Origin: Paecilomyces variotii
Lineage: Eukaryota
Direction: 5' to 3' (one strand)
Length of the DNA: 64,000 nt
Assembly (NCBI GenBank): GCA_004022145.1
Contig: RCNU01000008.1
Under the pieces are notes generated by a model, which was not told where the DNA came from, did no database searches, and was given only the letters and a program-made list of their open reading frames with translations. Both the position numbers and the translations under genes were made by a program. Positions 52,765 to 64,000 of the stretch are shown here, one piece after another; the stretch's first letter is position 1; every line of letters starts with the position of its first letter.

Positions 52765-54277
52765 CTAGAACATCGCGATGATATTCGGAGGACTAGTGTT
52801 GCAGGTCAGAAAGCGAGACGCATCATTATGACTATGCAGAAGTGAACAGACCTTGCGACGCCTCCTGGCACGTTACACGGCTCGCTGGCTACGAAAAAAG
52901 TCCACCGTTTTTCCTTCTCACAGTGCTGGGCTAATTCGTCCAGATCGAAAAGCTCCCCAATCGGCATTCCCCATCCTGCCAAGAGAACCTCGTGCAGACA
53001 CAGATCGCTTGGGGGTGCTGTTTCCATTCTGTGAGCGGCCGTGACTAAGTACAGCAGATTCGAGAGTGCGACTTACGATATGCCTCGAAAGAAGGGTGGT
53101 CTCCAGCGACTGCAGAGAAGTTGCTCCAGATCCATTCGAGAGTTTCTTTGCTCTGCTCCACGCCAATAAGTGCATGTGGTATATTCTTTGCCAAGCTGGT
53201 CAGCTCCTCATCTGAGAGTGCTCTGAACGCTTCCATATATCCTGCATAACGGTCAGCGATATTCAGTTGAGCATTTGATAAAAAAAAAAATGGTTCCCAC
53301 CAACGCGAATAATGAGTATATCTCCGAATTTTATGTCGGTTTGCTGGAACTCAGCTACTGCCTTGAGATGTTCTACCGGGATCGGATGCCTCTTGAAGAT
53401 CTCAGCCGGGATATTGTGTGCTAGCCGCCAGCGGTGGTGGTCGAGGAGGACACCGCGCCCGACGATGCCATTTTTGGTCCATGCTAGAATGGAACCTCAG
53501 CGCGCTGTCCCTCGAGTGTCTACGTTATTTAAGGATATGCAGGAACGACGTACCGTGAATCCCGTTGACATTAGTCTTGTTCGGGCCGTGGATGTCGTCC
53601 ATTGTGACACCATTATAGAATTTCTGCTCTTTCTGGTACGCAAAGTGACGCAGACCGTCCCCTATGATCATGATACTTTCGTCAGAAGAGTCTCGCCTGG
53701 AGGCCACTCAGTCCCCATGAGAGAAGGGGGCAGAGGCAAGGACATGGTGATGCGTACACTGGCTGCTACTCTGAGTGTTGAACGTCCACACGTCGTCATT
53801 GACGATCCGAGGTGTCTTTGCAATGATCTCTTTGTGGAAGATGTGGCGGCCAAAGAAAGGGATCTTGTCTTGGGCATCGAGTGGCCAGTTGAGTGAGATT
53901 CTAAGAAATCCATCAGCATATTTCAGACCTCAATATCAAACTAAGTTACGAAACAGAGAAATAAAAAGCAAGGATACCCTGCAGTAGTTACGAATTGAAA
54001 CTTATTGTCTGCTATTCAGAAGATCAAAAGCCAGTCAGACAGAGCAAAGATCACCATGTAGTACGAAGCCAGATTTAGAAACACGAGTATCATAGCATAG
54101 TTACCTTTTGCCCGACCGAATCTCCTTCGCGGCAGCGAGGACCAAATCATCGGTCTGTCTATTGAGAGTTCCCAGTTCATCCTTCTCCCCGTACAGTCCC
54201 CACGCTGAATACGGCGGATCGCCCTCTCTCAAGGGTAATTCTGAGAATCTGGGAATGTTCATGTTGTTTCGAGACAT
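52765..54277 (-). CDS. Cyclase-family metal-dependent hydrolase (kynurenine formamidase-like)
   Basis: SAWGLYGEKDELGTLN, SSQ|WDGLRHF, GIVGRGVLLD, AVAGDHPSFE, LHEVLLAGWGMPIGELFDL, VPGGVA|SPPNIIAMF*. About six introns. Confidence 0.85.
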
Positions 54278-55673
54278 TATATGTAACAATCACTTAGACA
54301 GAATACTTTAGGTAACTAACTAGGTAGTTATCCTATATATCTTTAGTGATAAAATATCCGAATAAGACTACTCCTGACTCCCTGAGACTTGGTTCTTTAT
54401 ATCATCCCACTTATGAAATTTGCGGGGGAAGTTCGCTCAGAAGTCCGCTTCACTGGTTAAATAGGTAGGTAGTATTACCTCGGGGTGGTCGGACATCGCT
54501 TGATTGCCGATCGAGGTTTGTTATCTTGATCGGAGAAGATTTAACTTATTACTTAATGTCGTGCCCGGTTGTTATGTATATAACTTTAATTTGGAGATGA
54601 TGATAATGCGGGGATTTAGAGATGGTTTTTTCTTTTTTTTCCCTGGTGAAGGGGGCGAGTAGAGTAGAATGTCATTAGGTAGTTAACCTGTAGTCCTCTA
54701 CAGACACAGGCTCCGGGGTGGATGGATACGTTGCTGTACATGATAGTTGACTAAATCAATCAATTAACTCCCCCTTCTATTCAAAGAACACATGGTCTAT
54801 TCGCCTCGCATTAGTTCTGGGGACTTCTAAGAATACCAGTCCAACACACTGGCGATGGGGGTTTGTCGATGTTATCTATTGGTGAAAATCAACCGTTGAA
54901 ACTCCAGATAGTAGGGGACAAGGAAGGTATACTCTAAACTCTGGGGTCCATAATAAATAACGTGATATTCTATTGTTCTCATACTCGAAACATACAAGAT
55001 AAAATTCGTAGGATAATGCGAGCGAACAGTTCTCTGTTAAATAAACATAAACACCAGTTGAGGCGGTTATAGGTTTCCTCGAGATCCATATGAAGCGAAT
55101 ATGATATAATAATGCCCCTCTTCGCTACTCTGGCTAACTAAACTTCAAAGGCTCCGAACAAGCAGATTCATCACCGAAGGGGCGATTTTTGTTTAACGAG
55201 TAAGATTAGTATAATAATATGTTACCTATGATAGACTCGGAATGACGCGATGGCCCCCTTAACCGGACCAGCAGTGGGATCTGTGGGTGTCAAATGTATG
55301 GAAATGAATATATGTGAATAGTATTCTTAATATCTACCTACTTTCCTATTGTTTGTCAATAGTCAATAACTACCTAACTATTAACCACTCACTAGGTGGT
55401 TCTCTATTTATCGAGTCTTATTGTGTCATCGCCCGAGTGCGCCGGAATGCTGACGATCCGACCAAGCTGTGTTAGCGTGTTTTGCCCATAACAACGGGGA
55501 CCTTTTTTTGTGTGCTGCGCTCGCCCCCGAAAACTACTCGACTTGCTCTCTCCAAGAACAAGACAGAAAAGACCGTGTAGGATCATACCTTGTATTCCTT
55601 CTTCTTCTTCGTCTACTACTACTTATCTTACTATCCATTGCTGTCCTTCGTCTTACAGGGTTCTCCTTTAATC

Positions 55674-57406
55674 ATGCCTCCGAAGAAGGCCGCAACGGCT
55701 TCTGCCACTGCTAAAGCTTCTACTTCGAAACGGGCTGCCGCGACGAAAGCTGCTGCCACTACTACTACCAGCAAGCGTACCACAACGGTAACTAAGACAT
55801 CGCGCAGTACTACTACTTCGAAGGCTGCGAAGGCTGCGAAGGCTGCCGCGCCCGCGAAGACTACTACTCAGCGGAAGACCGCGCCGGTTGCTGCGCGCAA
55901 GTCTGCGAAGTCTGAACCCTCTACTGCCGCGCCTGCTACGAAGAAGCGCAAAGCTGAAGCCGAGGAGGAAGCGCCTCCAAGAGAGCAGAAGAAGCCCCGT
56001 GTTGCTGCGCCTCCTCCTGCTCGGAAGCCGAAGCCCAAGGTTGTGATTAACCAGCCGCCTACGACGCGCCTGAATGTCTACGTCTGTGGCGAAGGTAGCT
56101 CTGGTGAGCTGGGTCTCGGGACGGCCAAGAATGCCGTCGATGTCAAGCGCCCGCGTCTGAATGCGAACCTGTCTGCGGAGACAGTTGGTGTCGTGCAGGT
56201 GGCCGTGGGTGGCATGCATTGTGTTGCTCTAACTCACGACAACAAGATCCTCACCTGGGGCGTCAACGACCAGGGCGCCCTTGGCCGGGACACCACCTGG
56301 GAAGGAGGCTACAAAGACATCGATGACAACAAGAGTGACTCGGATTCGGACGATGACAGTGACAGTGGTCTCAACCCGCATGAGTCCACGCCTACCGCTA
56401 TCCCTTCTGAAGCTTTCCCTGAGGGAACCGTGTTTGCCGAAGTCGCTGCGGGTGACAGTTCCAGTTTTGCTCTCACTGATGATGGCCTTGTTTATGGATG
56501 GGGAACATTCCGGGTATGGCCTTTCTTCCCCCTTCTCCTCGAATCCCGTGGTATTCCTGCGATTGGAAACTAATCTGTCCCTAGAGCAACGATGGTATTC
56601 TCGGGTTTGACCCTGAACATCGTGTACAGACGAGCCCCATCTTGATCCCCTCTCTCAAGAAGATCAGACATCTCGCTTGTGGTGACAATCATGTGCTTGC
56701 ACTCGGCGAGAAAGGCACCGTTTATTCTTGGGGCTCTGGTCAGCAGAACCAACTGGGTCGCCGCATTGTGGAGCGTAACAAGCTGAACGGACTCCAGCCG
56801 CGTCAGTTTGGTCTTCCCAAGAACATCGTCCAGATCGGCTGTGGTGCTTTCCACTCGTTTGCCATTCATGAGTCTGGCAAGGTGTACGCGTGGGGCCTCA
56901 ACAGCTTCGGTGAGACTGGTATCCAAGAGGGTGCTGGCGAGGATGAGGCTGCTATCCTCCACCCGGAAGTTGTGGAATCTCTCTCCGGAAAGCAGATTAC
57001 CCAGCTGGTTGGTGGTGCCCATCACTCCCTTGCGGTCACGAGCAACGGTGACTGCCTCGTCTGGGGCCGTGTTGATGGATACCAAACTGGCCTCAAGATT
57101 GACAGTCTCCCTGAGTCTGCCGTCATCAAGGATGAGCGTGGCCGTCCTCGTATCCTGATCGAACCCACAGCCGTCCCCGGAATCAAGGCAAGCGTCGTGG
57201 CCGCAGGCTCCGACCACTCCCTTGCCATTGACACCGAGGGTCGTGCCTGGTCTTGGGGATTCTCAGCAACCTATCAGACCGGACAAGGCACTCAAGATGA
57301 CATTGAGGTAGCCACCATCATTGACAACACCGCCGTCCGTGGAAAGAAGCTCAACTGGGCTGGTGGCGGTGGTCAGTTCTCCGTCCTCACTGAGCCGGTC
57401 AACTGA
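55674..57406 (+). CDS. SRM1: RCC1-family Ran GEF (Prp20/Pim1)
   Basis: Basic K/A/T-rich tail, then RCC1 repeats (GEGSSGELGLG, VAVGGMHCVAL, WGVNDQGALGR, WGTFR). Intron 56514..56585. Confidence 0.93.
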
Positions 57407-57924
57407 ATGTCGCGGCTTCTCAAATTCTAAGGCGCGGTTAGGGTCCAATGACATATAAGGGTGTCCGGTGCCATTCGGGTTGTGGATAGCTGTGTAGAAT
57501 AGGTGTTCTTATTTGCGCTTTGTTCTGGGCTTTGTCATTATCGCAGCGTTGCATAACTTATCGTGGTTTTCTGTTTCTCAGAAAAGTTATCCTTGCTTAG
57601 TATAATAATCATATCTTATCTTTCTTTGCAAGAAATGATGTCTGGCGCTTATTCAATTCGTAGATATAGTGTTTCTTAGGAATGCTCTGTTAATTCTTCG
57701 ATGATAGGGCAGCTTTCGCGAGATCGTGGAGGGTTTATGGAAGTATCTATGGTGAATATAAGATCAGACGGGATAGAAGCAATAAGGAATGCTATTCATT
57801 ATTATGTTTCCATCCAGAGAGGTAGAGCTCATGATAACTGGTCGTAATATCGAGTGGGTCGTCTAGCCATTTTGGCAGGGGAAAGAAGGTCAAAGTCAAG
57901 GTATAGTACAGGAAGGCATGGTAA

Positions 57925-58962
57925 CTACCATGGGATGTTTGCATCCGCCATGGCTTCGAGGTCATCTTCAAAATCCTCTTCGGGGGCCCTTTCTTCAATC
58001 GGGTCTGGCGCCGCAGGCTCATGACGAGGGTGATGTGATTCATCGTCCCTCGTCTCCTGTTCGGCGAGGAGGGCATCCAGCTCATCTTCCTCAGGCATAT
58101 CTTCACCACCCGCGTTCTTTCTTGTGTCATTTCCTGCATCTTCATCATCTGACATGAAGAGCTTCCCGTCATCTCCAGCATTGGTCCGTCTCCTTTCTGT
58201 TGTGACCCTCTCTAATGATGCCGCGCCATTGGTTTCCATAGTCTGCGCGAGATCGGTGACTCCAGAAGAGTTTTGTTCCGCTGTCGGGGCAGCAACATCA
58301 CGCGAATCAGATGACGTTCCTTCAACGCGCGTTACGGAATACGACTTGTCCTGGTTGGAGCTGTCATCTTCGCGACGGTAATCGGGCCTTCCCTCGTCGA
58401 TCCATTGTCGTCGCATTACCTGTATGCGTTTCGAATGCCCGAGTTTCTCGATCATGGACAGACCATCCGCGAACTTTGCACGAGGGAAGAGATCATCGAG
58501 CCATAGCTGATAAAAATTCAAGAGACGCGCTGCATCTGAGAACTAGAGCGAAAAAGTCATCAGACTGTCTCACGTAGAATGGAAGAAACGAAGTTCTAAC
58601 CTCGTGCCCTTTGCCCTTGAATCTCAACTTCTTCGCCGTGCTTCGTAGTCGTGGGATACCTTTCTGAGAAAGTAGGCTTTGGCACCATTAGCAATCACGC
58701 CTGCGGTGAGTCCTATCGAATGACTATCCACCAGAACTCACAGAGACTCGTCGAGTTTCGCAATCGGCTGCCGTTTTCTCGTAACGACTACTTCTTCGTC
58801 GAGTCCTAAGCCAGGTGCTTGGGCTGGGGCCGCCTGATTGGAAGATGCCGCGTCAGGCGCAGAATTCCTTTGCGAGATCTCTCCAAGGACTTCGTCGAGA
58901 CCGACATCGTAGTCGAAAAGGTCATTATGCGGACGGACGTCTCCGTCGCTGATGTCGCTCAT
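57925..58962 (-). CDS. CSM3: Replication fork protection component Csm3/Swi3
   Basis: LGLDEEV..AKLDES|LLSQKGIPRLR..KGKGHE|FSDAARLLNFYQLWLDDLFPRAKFAD..IEKLGH. Two introns. Confidence 0.92.
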
Positions 58963-59754
58963 ATCGCTCAGATGGTGTGTTGATGATTGGAATAAAAGAC
59001 AATTACAGTCGTCATGGACTGTATTCTCTGATGTATATGTTAGTTGTAGCGCGTTTCTAATACTGTAGGGAGCATGAAGACAGCAATCGTATCTAATTAC
59101 ATAGGTACTGATATTGGACAGGACGCGCTTCGGATGGACGTGACGCGATCTTACCGAAATAGGAAAGTACTACAGAACTCCAGCTTCGTCAGGTCGATAT
59201 TTTTTGGTGTCAGTTTGATTCTCGTGGCATATCTCTAAAATATAAGAGAGACGGGTTATATGATTTCTCTTGTAAATGAATAAAACTATTGATACCAGAA
59301 AGATAATCTGTTGGTCTTTCTTTCTTTCTCTTCACTAAAGCGAGGGACCATTCATTTCATTCCGTAGCGATTATGTAAGCTGGAATTCTCGACCAAGGTA
59401 TACTTATGAATTGCATGATAACAAGACAGAGAAGCAGAAATATTGACTGGAATCTCGGAATCTAGCAATTTTTCACGAATCTCATTGCAGAATCCGGGGA
59501 TGGTTGCTTTGCCAGAGGATGTCTAATCATTGACGGCTCAATGGTTGTTCGGCCGGCGGATTCGGAAATACTTGCTAGAGGGACATCTGGCACTAGTATG
59601 AATCGGGTTAGATATATCATGCCTCGCGGCTTGGCTTAGACCTCCCAGGTCTTCGTCCAGCTTGATCGCGGTGGGCACTGTACGGAGTTGCCAGCGCTAA
59701 ACTACCAAACAGTCGACTTATCTGCGCAATACAGGGCCTCAATTGCTCTCCAGG

Positions 59755-60567
59755 ATGGCCATTGAACACGATAAGGTGCTTGTCCCGCCGAAGCGGGCCC
59801 GCACTGACTATCCGGTATGATTATTTCCAACCTTCTCCCACCTTGAACCACTTTTGCTAACCGTGCTCAAAGCTGATTGATGCCGACCCGTATGCCATCT
59901 CCCATACAGATGACGATGCAGAACCATATTGACGATAACGCAGGCACTTGAGACGAGTATTCGGATACGCCAGGCCCTCTGACTATGCCGTGGCCGGAGG
60001 TGCGGCTGCCCTTTCGCCTCTCGCTTTCTGGGTTATGGAAAGAGTCAGCCCTTCCCATGTCGGCAAGGGTGGTTTCCCTCCTCTGATGCGCCTGGCAACG
60101 GCCATTGGTGTCGTTGGCGGCTTGCACATCTTTTACCAGCGATCCTGCAGTACGTCAATGGCCAACAAGCATCCCTTGGCAGCTGTTCCGTGGATCAGCA
60201 ACTAATGCATGCACAGATCGCTTCTACGGCTTCACTGAGAACTCTCGCGAGGTGGAAATGGATATGAGAGAAATGGTTGATAAAGTTAAGAAGGGAGAGC
60301 CTCTCTATGGCACATCCCAGCTCTCGCCTTATCTCCAGGGCGTTGCTGCCAGAAACTCTCGGTATTCGGAGCTGTTTTCCCACGTTATTCCGTGGTTCAA
60401 CATTGTCAACCACGATCAGGCAAGTTACCCTGGACACGATTAATGTAACATCGATAAATAGCTAATTCATCTATCTTATACAGCACGGTGTTGACACGGC
60501 CAAGTACTACCAGCAAGCTGAGCGGGAACTGGAGAACGAGCGATTGGCCAAGGCGGGCTCTTCATGA
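59755..60567 (+). CDS. NADH:ubiquinone oxidoreductase 21 kDa accessory subunit (fungal NUXM/20.9 kDa type)
   Basis: TDYP|LIDADP|HLRRVFGYARPSDY, RFYGFTENSRE, PWFNIVNHDQ|HGVDTAKYY. Exons 59755-59814, 59873-59889, 59944-60149, 60217-60419, 60484-60567. Confidence 0.92.
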
Positions 60568-60847
60568 GAGCATTAAAAAAAATGCCCAAAGTCATTATTA
60601 GCCGAGGAATGCCCATGATCTGGCGTGGGTTCTGTGTACATAATTCCGGTGCATTATGGTCGAATGTTCAGTGCCTTTTCCCCCTATCCTTGTTAACATT
60701 GTCGGTCTTTAATCGCCGATGGTCTGGACCGGGATCTTGGCCACCGGAATATCACGAGCGCCTGTTCCCTCCAAAGCCAAGCGGCGTCCTGATCGAGTAG
60801 ATCTGACACGGGCATGCAGATTGTGCATTGTGGCCATCTGGACAATC

Positions 60848-61666
60848 TCAACTATCGTCGTCGAAGCTCGTGTTGAGCTCCCGGTTCCTCTTTGGTCGGG
60901 GATTAGGTGCTTTTTTTTTAACTGTCGTCAGTCCATGCCGGATATTATCATAGGGAATCATCACGTACCATTCTCATTTTCCTGTATGTAAAACCGCCGG
61001 AGTAGCATGATGGCTTCCTTGTGAAAGAGACCGCCGTATACGGGATAGGGCTGATCTATTCCGGGGCTGTCCAAATTGATGCATGCGTTAGTACCAGCCT
61101 GAGCGAGCTAGTCGTGGAGAAGTAGGACGAACTCTGAATGCAACGATAATACGCTCCCAGTGCCTCCGAAGCGCTCGTTTCCACAGCCAAAGTATACTGC
61201 TCTTATCTGATACTGCCTTAGAGCAGAGGCACACATGATGCAAGGTTCAACTGTCACGTAAAGGTCTGTCTCTCGGAGAATTACACGCGGATATTTTTGT
61301 AGTGCCTCTTCGATCGCTAGGAACTCAGCGTGTCGTGTGCCCTGCCAGATACAGTTCAGCTCGTACTTGAAGGTATTGATTGCATAGTAGCTTCACTCGG
61401 GTCCAAAGAGACATACATTCATCGACTTATTAGTATCGTTCATTCCGCGAGCAATCACCTCTCCTTTGTATACCAATACGCATCCCACAGGCGTCTCACC
61501 GGTCTCAAGGGCTTTCTCTCCCTAATGAGGGTCAGCGCCTCTTCCCTCTTGGAATAATATGAGGTTTCAATACCATAACCAGAGCCTGTTTCATGAAATA
61601 CTCATGCTGCGTCTCATTGTGTTCTTGTGACTGGTTGCTCTCCGCAACACCAGCACTCGAATTCAT
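60848..61666 (-). CDS. TAD2: tRNA-specific adenosine deaminase catalytic subunit
   Basis: Hand-spliced, as no single ORF in the track covers it: HEYFMKQAL, GETPVGCVLV, TRHAEF, LYVTVEPCIMCASAL, FGCGNERFGGTGSV, LRRFYIQENENAPNP. Confidence 0.9.
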
Positions 61667-62127
61667 GGCTGATAGATACTACGATGTATGAAATAGATAT
61701 CCTCAGTGGCGCCGTCGCTCCGCTAGTCACCGAAGATATGCCTAACTTCAAACCAGTTATCGATGAGCGGTGGTGGGGGAAATTCGATCTATCGGGCTAT
61801 ATTGTATTCCCGGCGAAGAATTTTCATCTTTAGTCAGATCAGTCAGATAATTTAGACCTCTTATCCGGAAAGTAATATATTCTGCCCGAACCTGAAGAAA
61901 CTGCAGGTGGATAAAGGCCCATGAGTCGTAAATTCCTCTTGATTTCTTAGGAAGCTTCAGTGGTTTTCTCTTCAATTTTACCGTACAGTACAATACCAAG
62001 CTTCCGTAGGTATTTAATAGTACGCAAGGTACGGTTGAACGCGCCGCGTCCAGACTCCACTTCCATTTTAAACTTCTTCATTAAACCCCTACTACATGTA
62101 TTCGATGTGTGACTGACTGTGGTTGCC

Positions 62128-64000
62128 ATGGCCGCTCAAGATGTAGCTGGCTCTCGATATACAGTGCGAGAAAACGGCAACGTTGCATCGATGGAGCTGG
62201 CTACCGGTGTTCTAGCTGCTCAGCTTGCACCGCATCTATCACAAGCTAGTCAACAGCATCAATTTAACCGCGAAACATTTTCGCAGCTTCGCAAAGAGCT
62301 TTTAGAGGGTCGATGCAGCCAGCTGAATTTAGAAGATAGCGTGACTGATGTCAACAATTTGGTCTGCATCGTCGTAAAAGCTGGTCTTGAAATCGGACAT
62401 AGAAACGGTCACCTGTCTATTGCTAGCGATGTCGACGGGCAGATCTTGGACTGTTTGGATATCATCCAAGCAGCTGTTGAGAAGGTGCCTCAAGTTCTTC
62501 TAGAATTCTCCAACAATGAGATTCTGGGAAAGGACATAAGTGCGCCCTTGTATTTCTGGCTCGTCATTCGGTTAATCGATCTCTTATGCAACTGCAACCA
62601 GAGTCTGCTAGGAAGGATACGTAGCCTTCTCTCATGCATAGTATGTTCGCAATACAGGCTTTCGCCTTCGAAGACCTTCAGTTTCTCTATTTCAGGTCTA
62701 CTGCGAACTTTCATAAGAGGTATGCCAACCGTTTTGAAGCCTAGGGAAGCAACTAATACGCTGCAGATGTAACGAGGTCAGTCGAGGCTTTCGACTTTTC
62801 GACATCTCGAAACTCCTCATGTACAATCTCTTTTCCTAGATCGCGACGATCGTTCGCAGCGGAACTAGAAAGACTGGATCTCACCCCTGAGCTTGCGAAT
62901 ATGAACATGATACTTGGGCCTTTTCCGAGAGTAATCGTTTCTGTCTTAGAGCTGAGTTCCGCATTGCTACCGGTGGATGTCATCTCGACTTCAAATGGTC
63001 TAAGTTCAGTCATCCGCCATGACTTTGCTTGGATTCTTGATGTATATGTGCAGCTATGGCACGGCGTTGTCGCATGGGAGCCAAGTACAGAAAAAAGAGC
63101 CCAACTTCATCTCCACTTCTTGGAGCATCTCGGGATCTGCTGTGACGCCTCCGCTTTGTTGTCTGAGGAATTTTCGCTTGAGATAAAAGCTATATGCATT
63201 CGACTTCGATGTATCGCTGATATATTATCCTCCAGCGCTGCGTGCCAGGATTCGAATGTTCAGCTAGCTTGTCGCCAGGCTGTTGAAAGCACTGCAAAGG
63301 TCGCGAGGCGTTCGGCGGTTGTCGCAACATACATGGGAGACATCCTCCTCCCAGTCCTAGGAGAGATAGGCTATAGTGACACGCCTCTGCAGAGCGTGAA
63401 GTTATCTCTCAAGGTACGTGAACTGACCGCGTTGGAACATGAGATGCTTATGGAATACTAGGAGCTGGTTTTGAGCATTCTGAGCGAGGCCCTACACAAT
63501 GCTCCCAACTATTCTAAATACCCAAAGTATGGTTATGGTTGTCAGAAGCGAGCCTTAGACCTCCCAGGAGGTCGGCAGACGGAGGACGGTCTGCTAGAAG
63601 GTGGGAAGACGCCTCAAGGTAGTCCGGCGCGGAAGCGTATCCGCCTGTCCAAGGAGCAACCGGAACCTCCCCCGCCAGATGCATTACAGACGCTTCTGTG
63701 CAGAGTATACAACCTTCTAGGTTGCGAAGCTCCAGGGAGCCTCGAAGATCTCCCTTCCGTCGCTCAGTGAGTTACTTTTGCAGACCTCAACCCCCTGGAA
63801 ATGTTGCTAACTATGATTATCCAAGGGAAAAATTTCCTCCCTTATCTGATGAGAATAAATGTGCTCTTGTAACAAACTTGGGAATGATAGCATGTGCAGG
63901 TGCCACTGGTCTGTCAGGAACTCATGACGGGCCAGACTCGGAGTTGGCGCCATGTTGTATATGTGACATGAATACTCCTGAGGAGCAGGCTCTTGTCCCT
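62128..64000 (+). CDS. 5' part of a large helical-repeat protein, probably ATR/Mec1/UvsB checkpoint kinase
   Basis: N-terminal LAAQLA..FNRETFSQLRKELL..NNLVCIVVKAGL resembles recalled Aspergillus UvsB N-termini. NLS-like PARKRIRL; GT-AG introns (e.g. 62720..62766). The kinase domain is not in the window. Confidence 0.6.

Noticed and set aside
54310-55400. AT-rich region between the cyclase and RCC1 genes as a possible relic element
   Set aside because: No ORF remnant or flanking repeats could be supported by eye.
1757-60567. Apparent grouping of mitochondrial genes (ABC1 kinase, CYC3, SAM50, COX16, complex I subunit)
   Set aside because: Dispersed among unrelated housekeeping genes; compatible with chance.

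Overview
Gene-dense, intron-containing chromosomal segment of a filamentous ascomycete. The CTAAC/CTGAC branch sites, short GT-AG introns and Aspergillus-like proteins point to Eurotiales; the genus cannot be fixed from sequence alone. About 25 protein-coding genes can be assembled by hand: a SmgGDS-like ARM protein (partial), an ABC1/UbiB kinase, cytochrome c heme lyase, a fungal TF-domain protein, UBC6, SAM50, YIP1, a UFD1-like multidomain protein, two F-box proteins, a DUR3-like urea transporter, RPT6, a VNX1-like cation exchanger, an FGGY kinase, an EMC10-like protein, a rhodanese-PTP phosphatase, COX16, NIC96, a RIB7 fusion, a cyclase-family hydrolase, RCC1, CSM3, the complex I 21 kDa subunit, TAD2 and the 5' part of a probable ATR/MEC1. 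No tRNA, rRNA, CRISPR or intact transposon was seen. Four observations stand out: (1) the RIB7 riboflavin reductase is fused to a C-C-H-x-H zinc ribbon resembling Mutator-transposase/WRKY-GCM1 DNA-binding domains; (2) the DUR3-like gene is frameshifted by an exact 31-bp tandem duplication; (3) the UFD1-like protein also carries zinc-finger, AZUL-like and UBA-like modules; (4) a TAACTA/TAGTTA motif recurs in many intergenic regions. All family assignments come from recalled motifs, not database searches.
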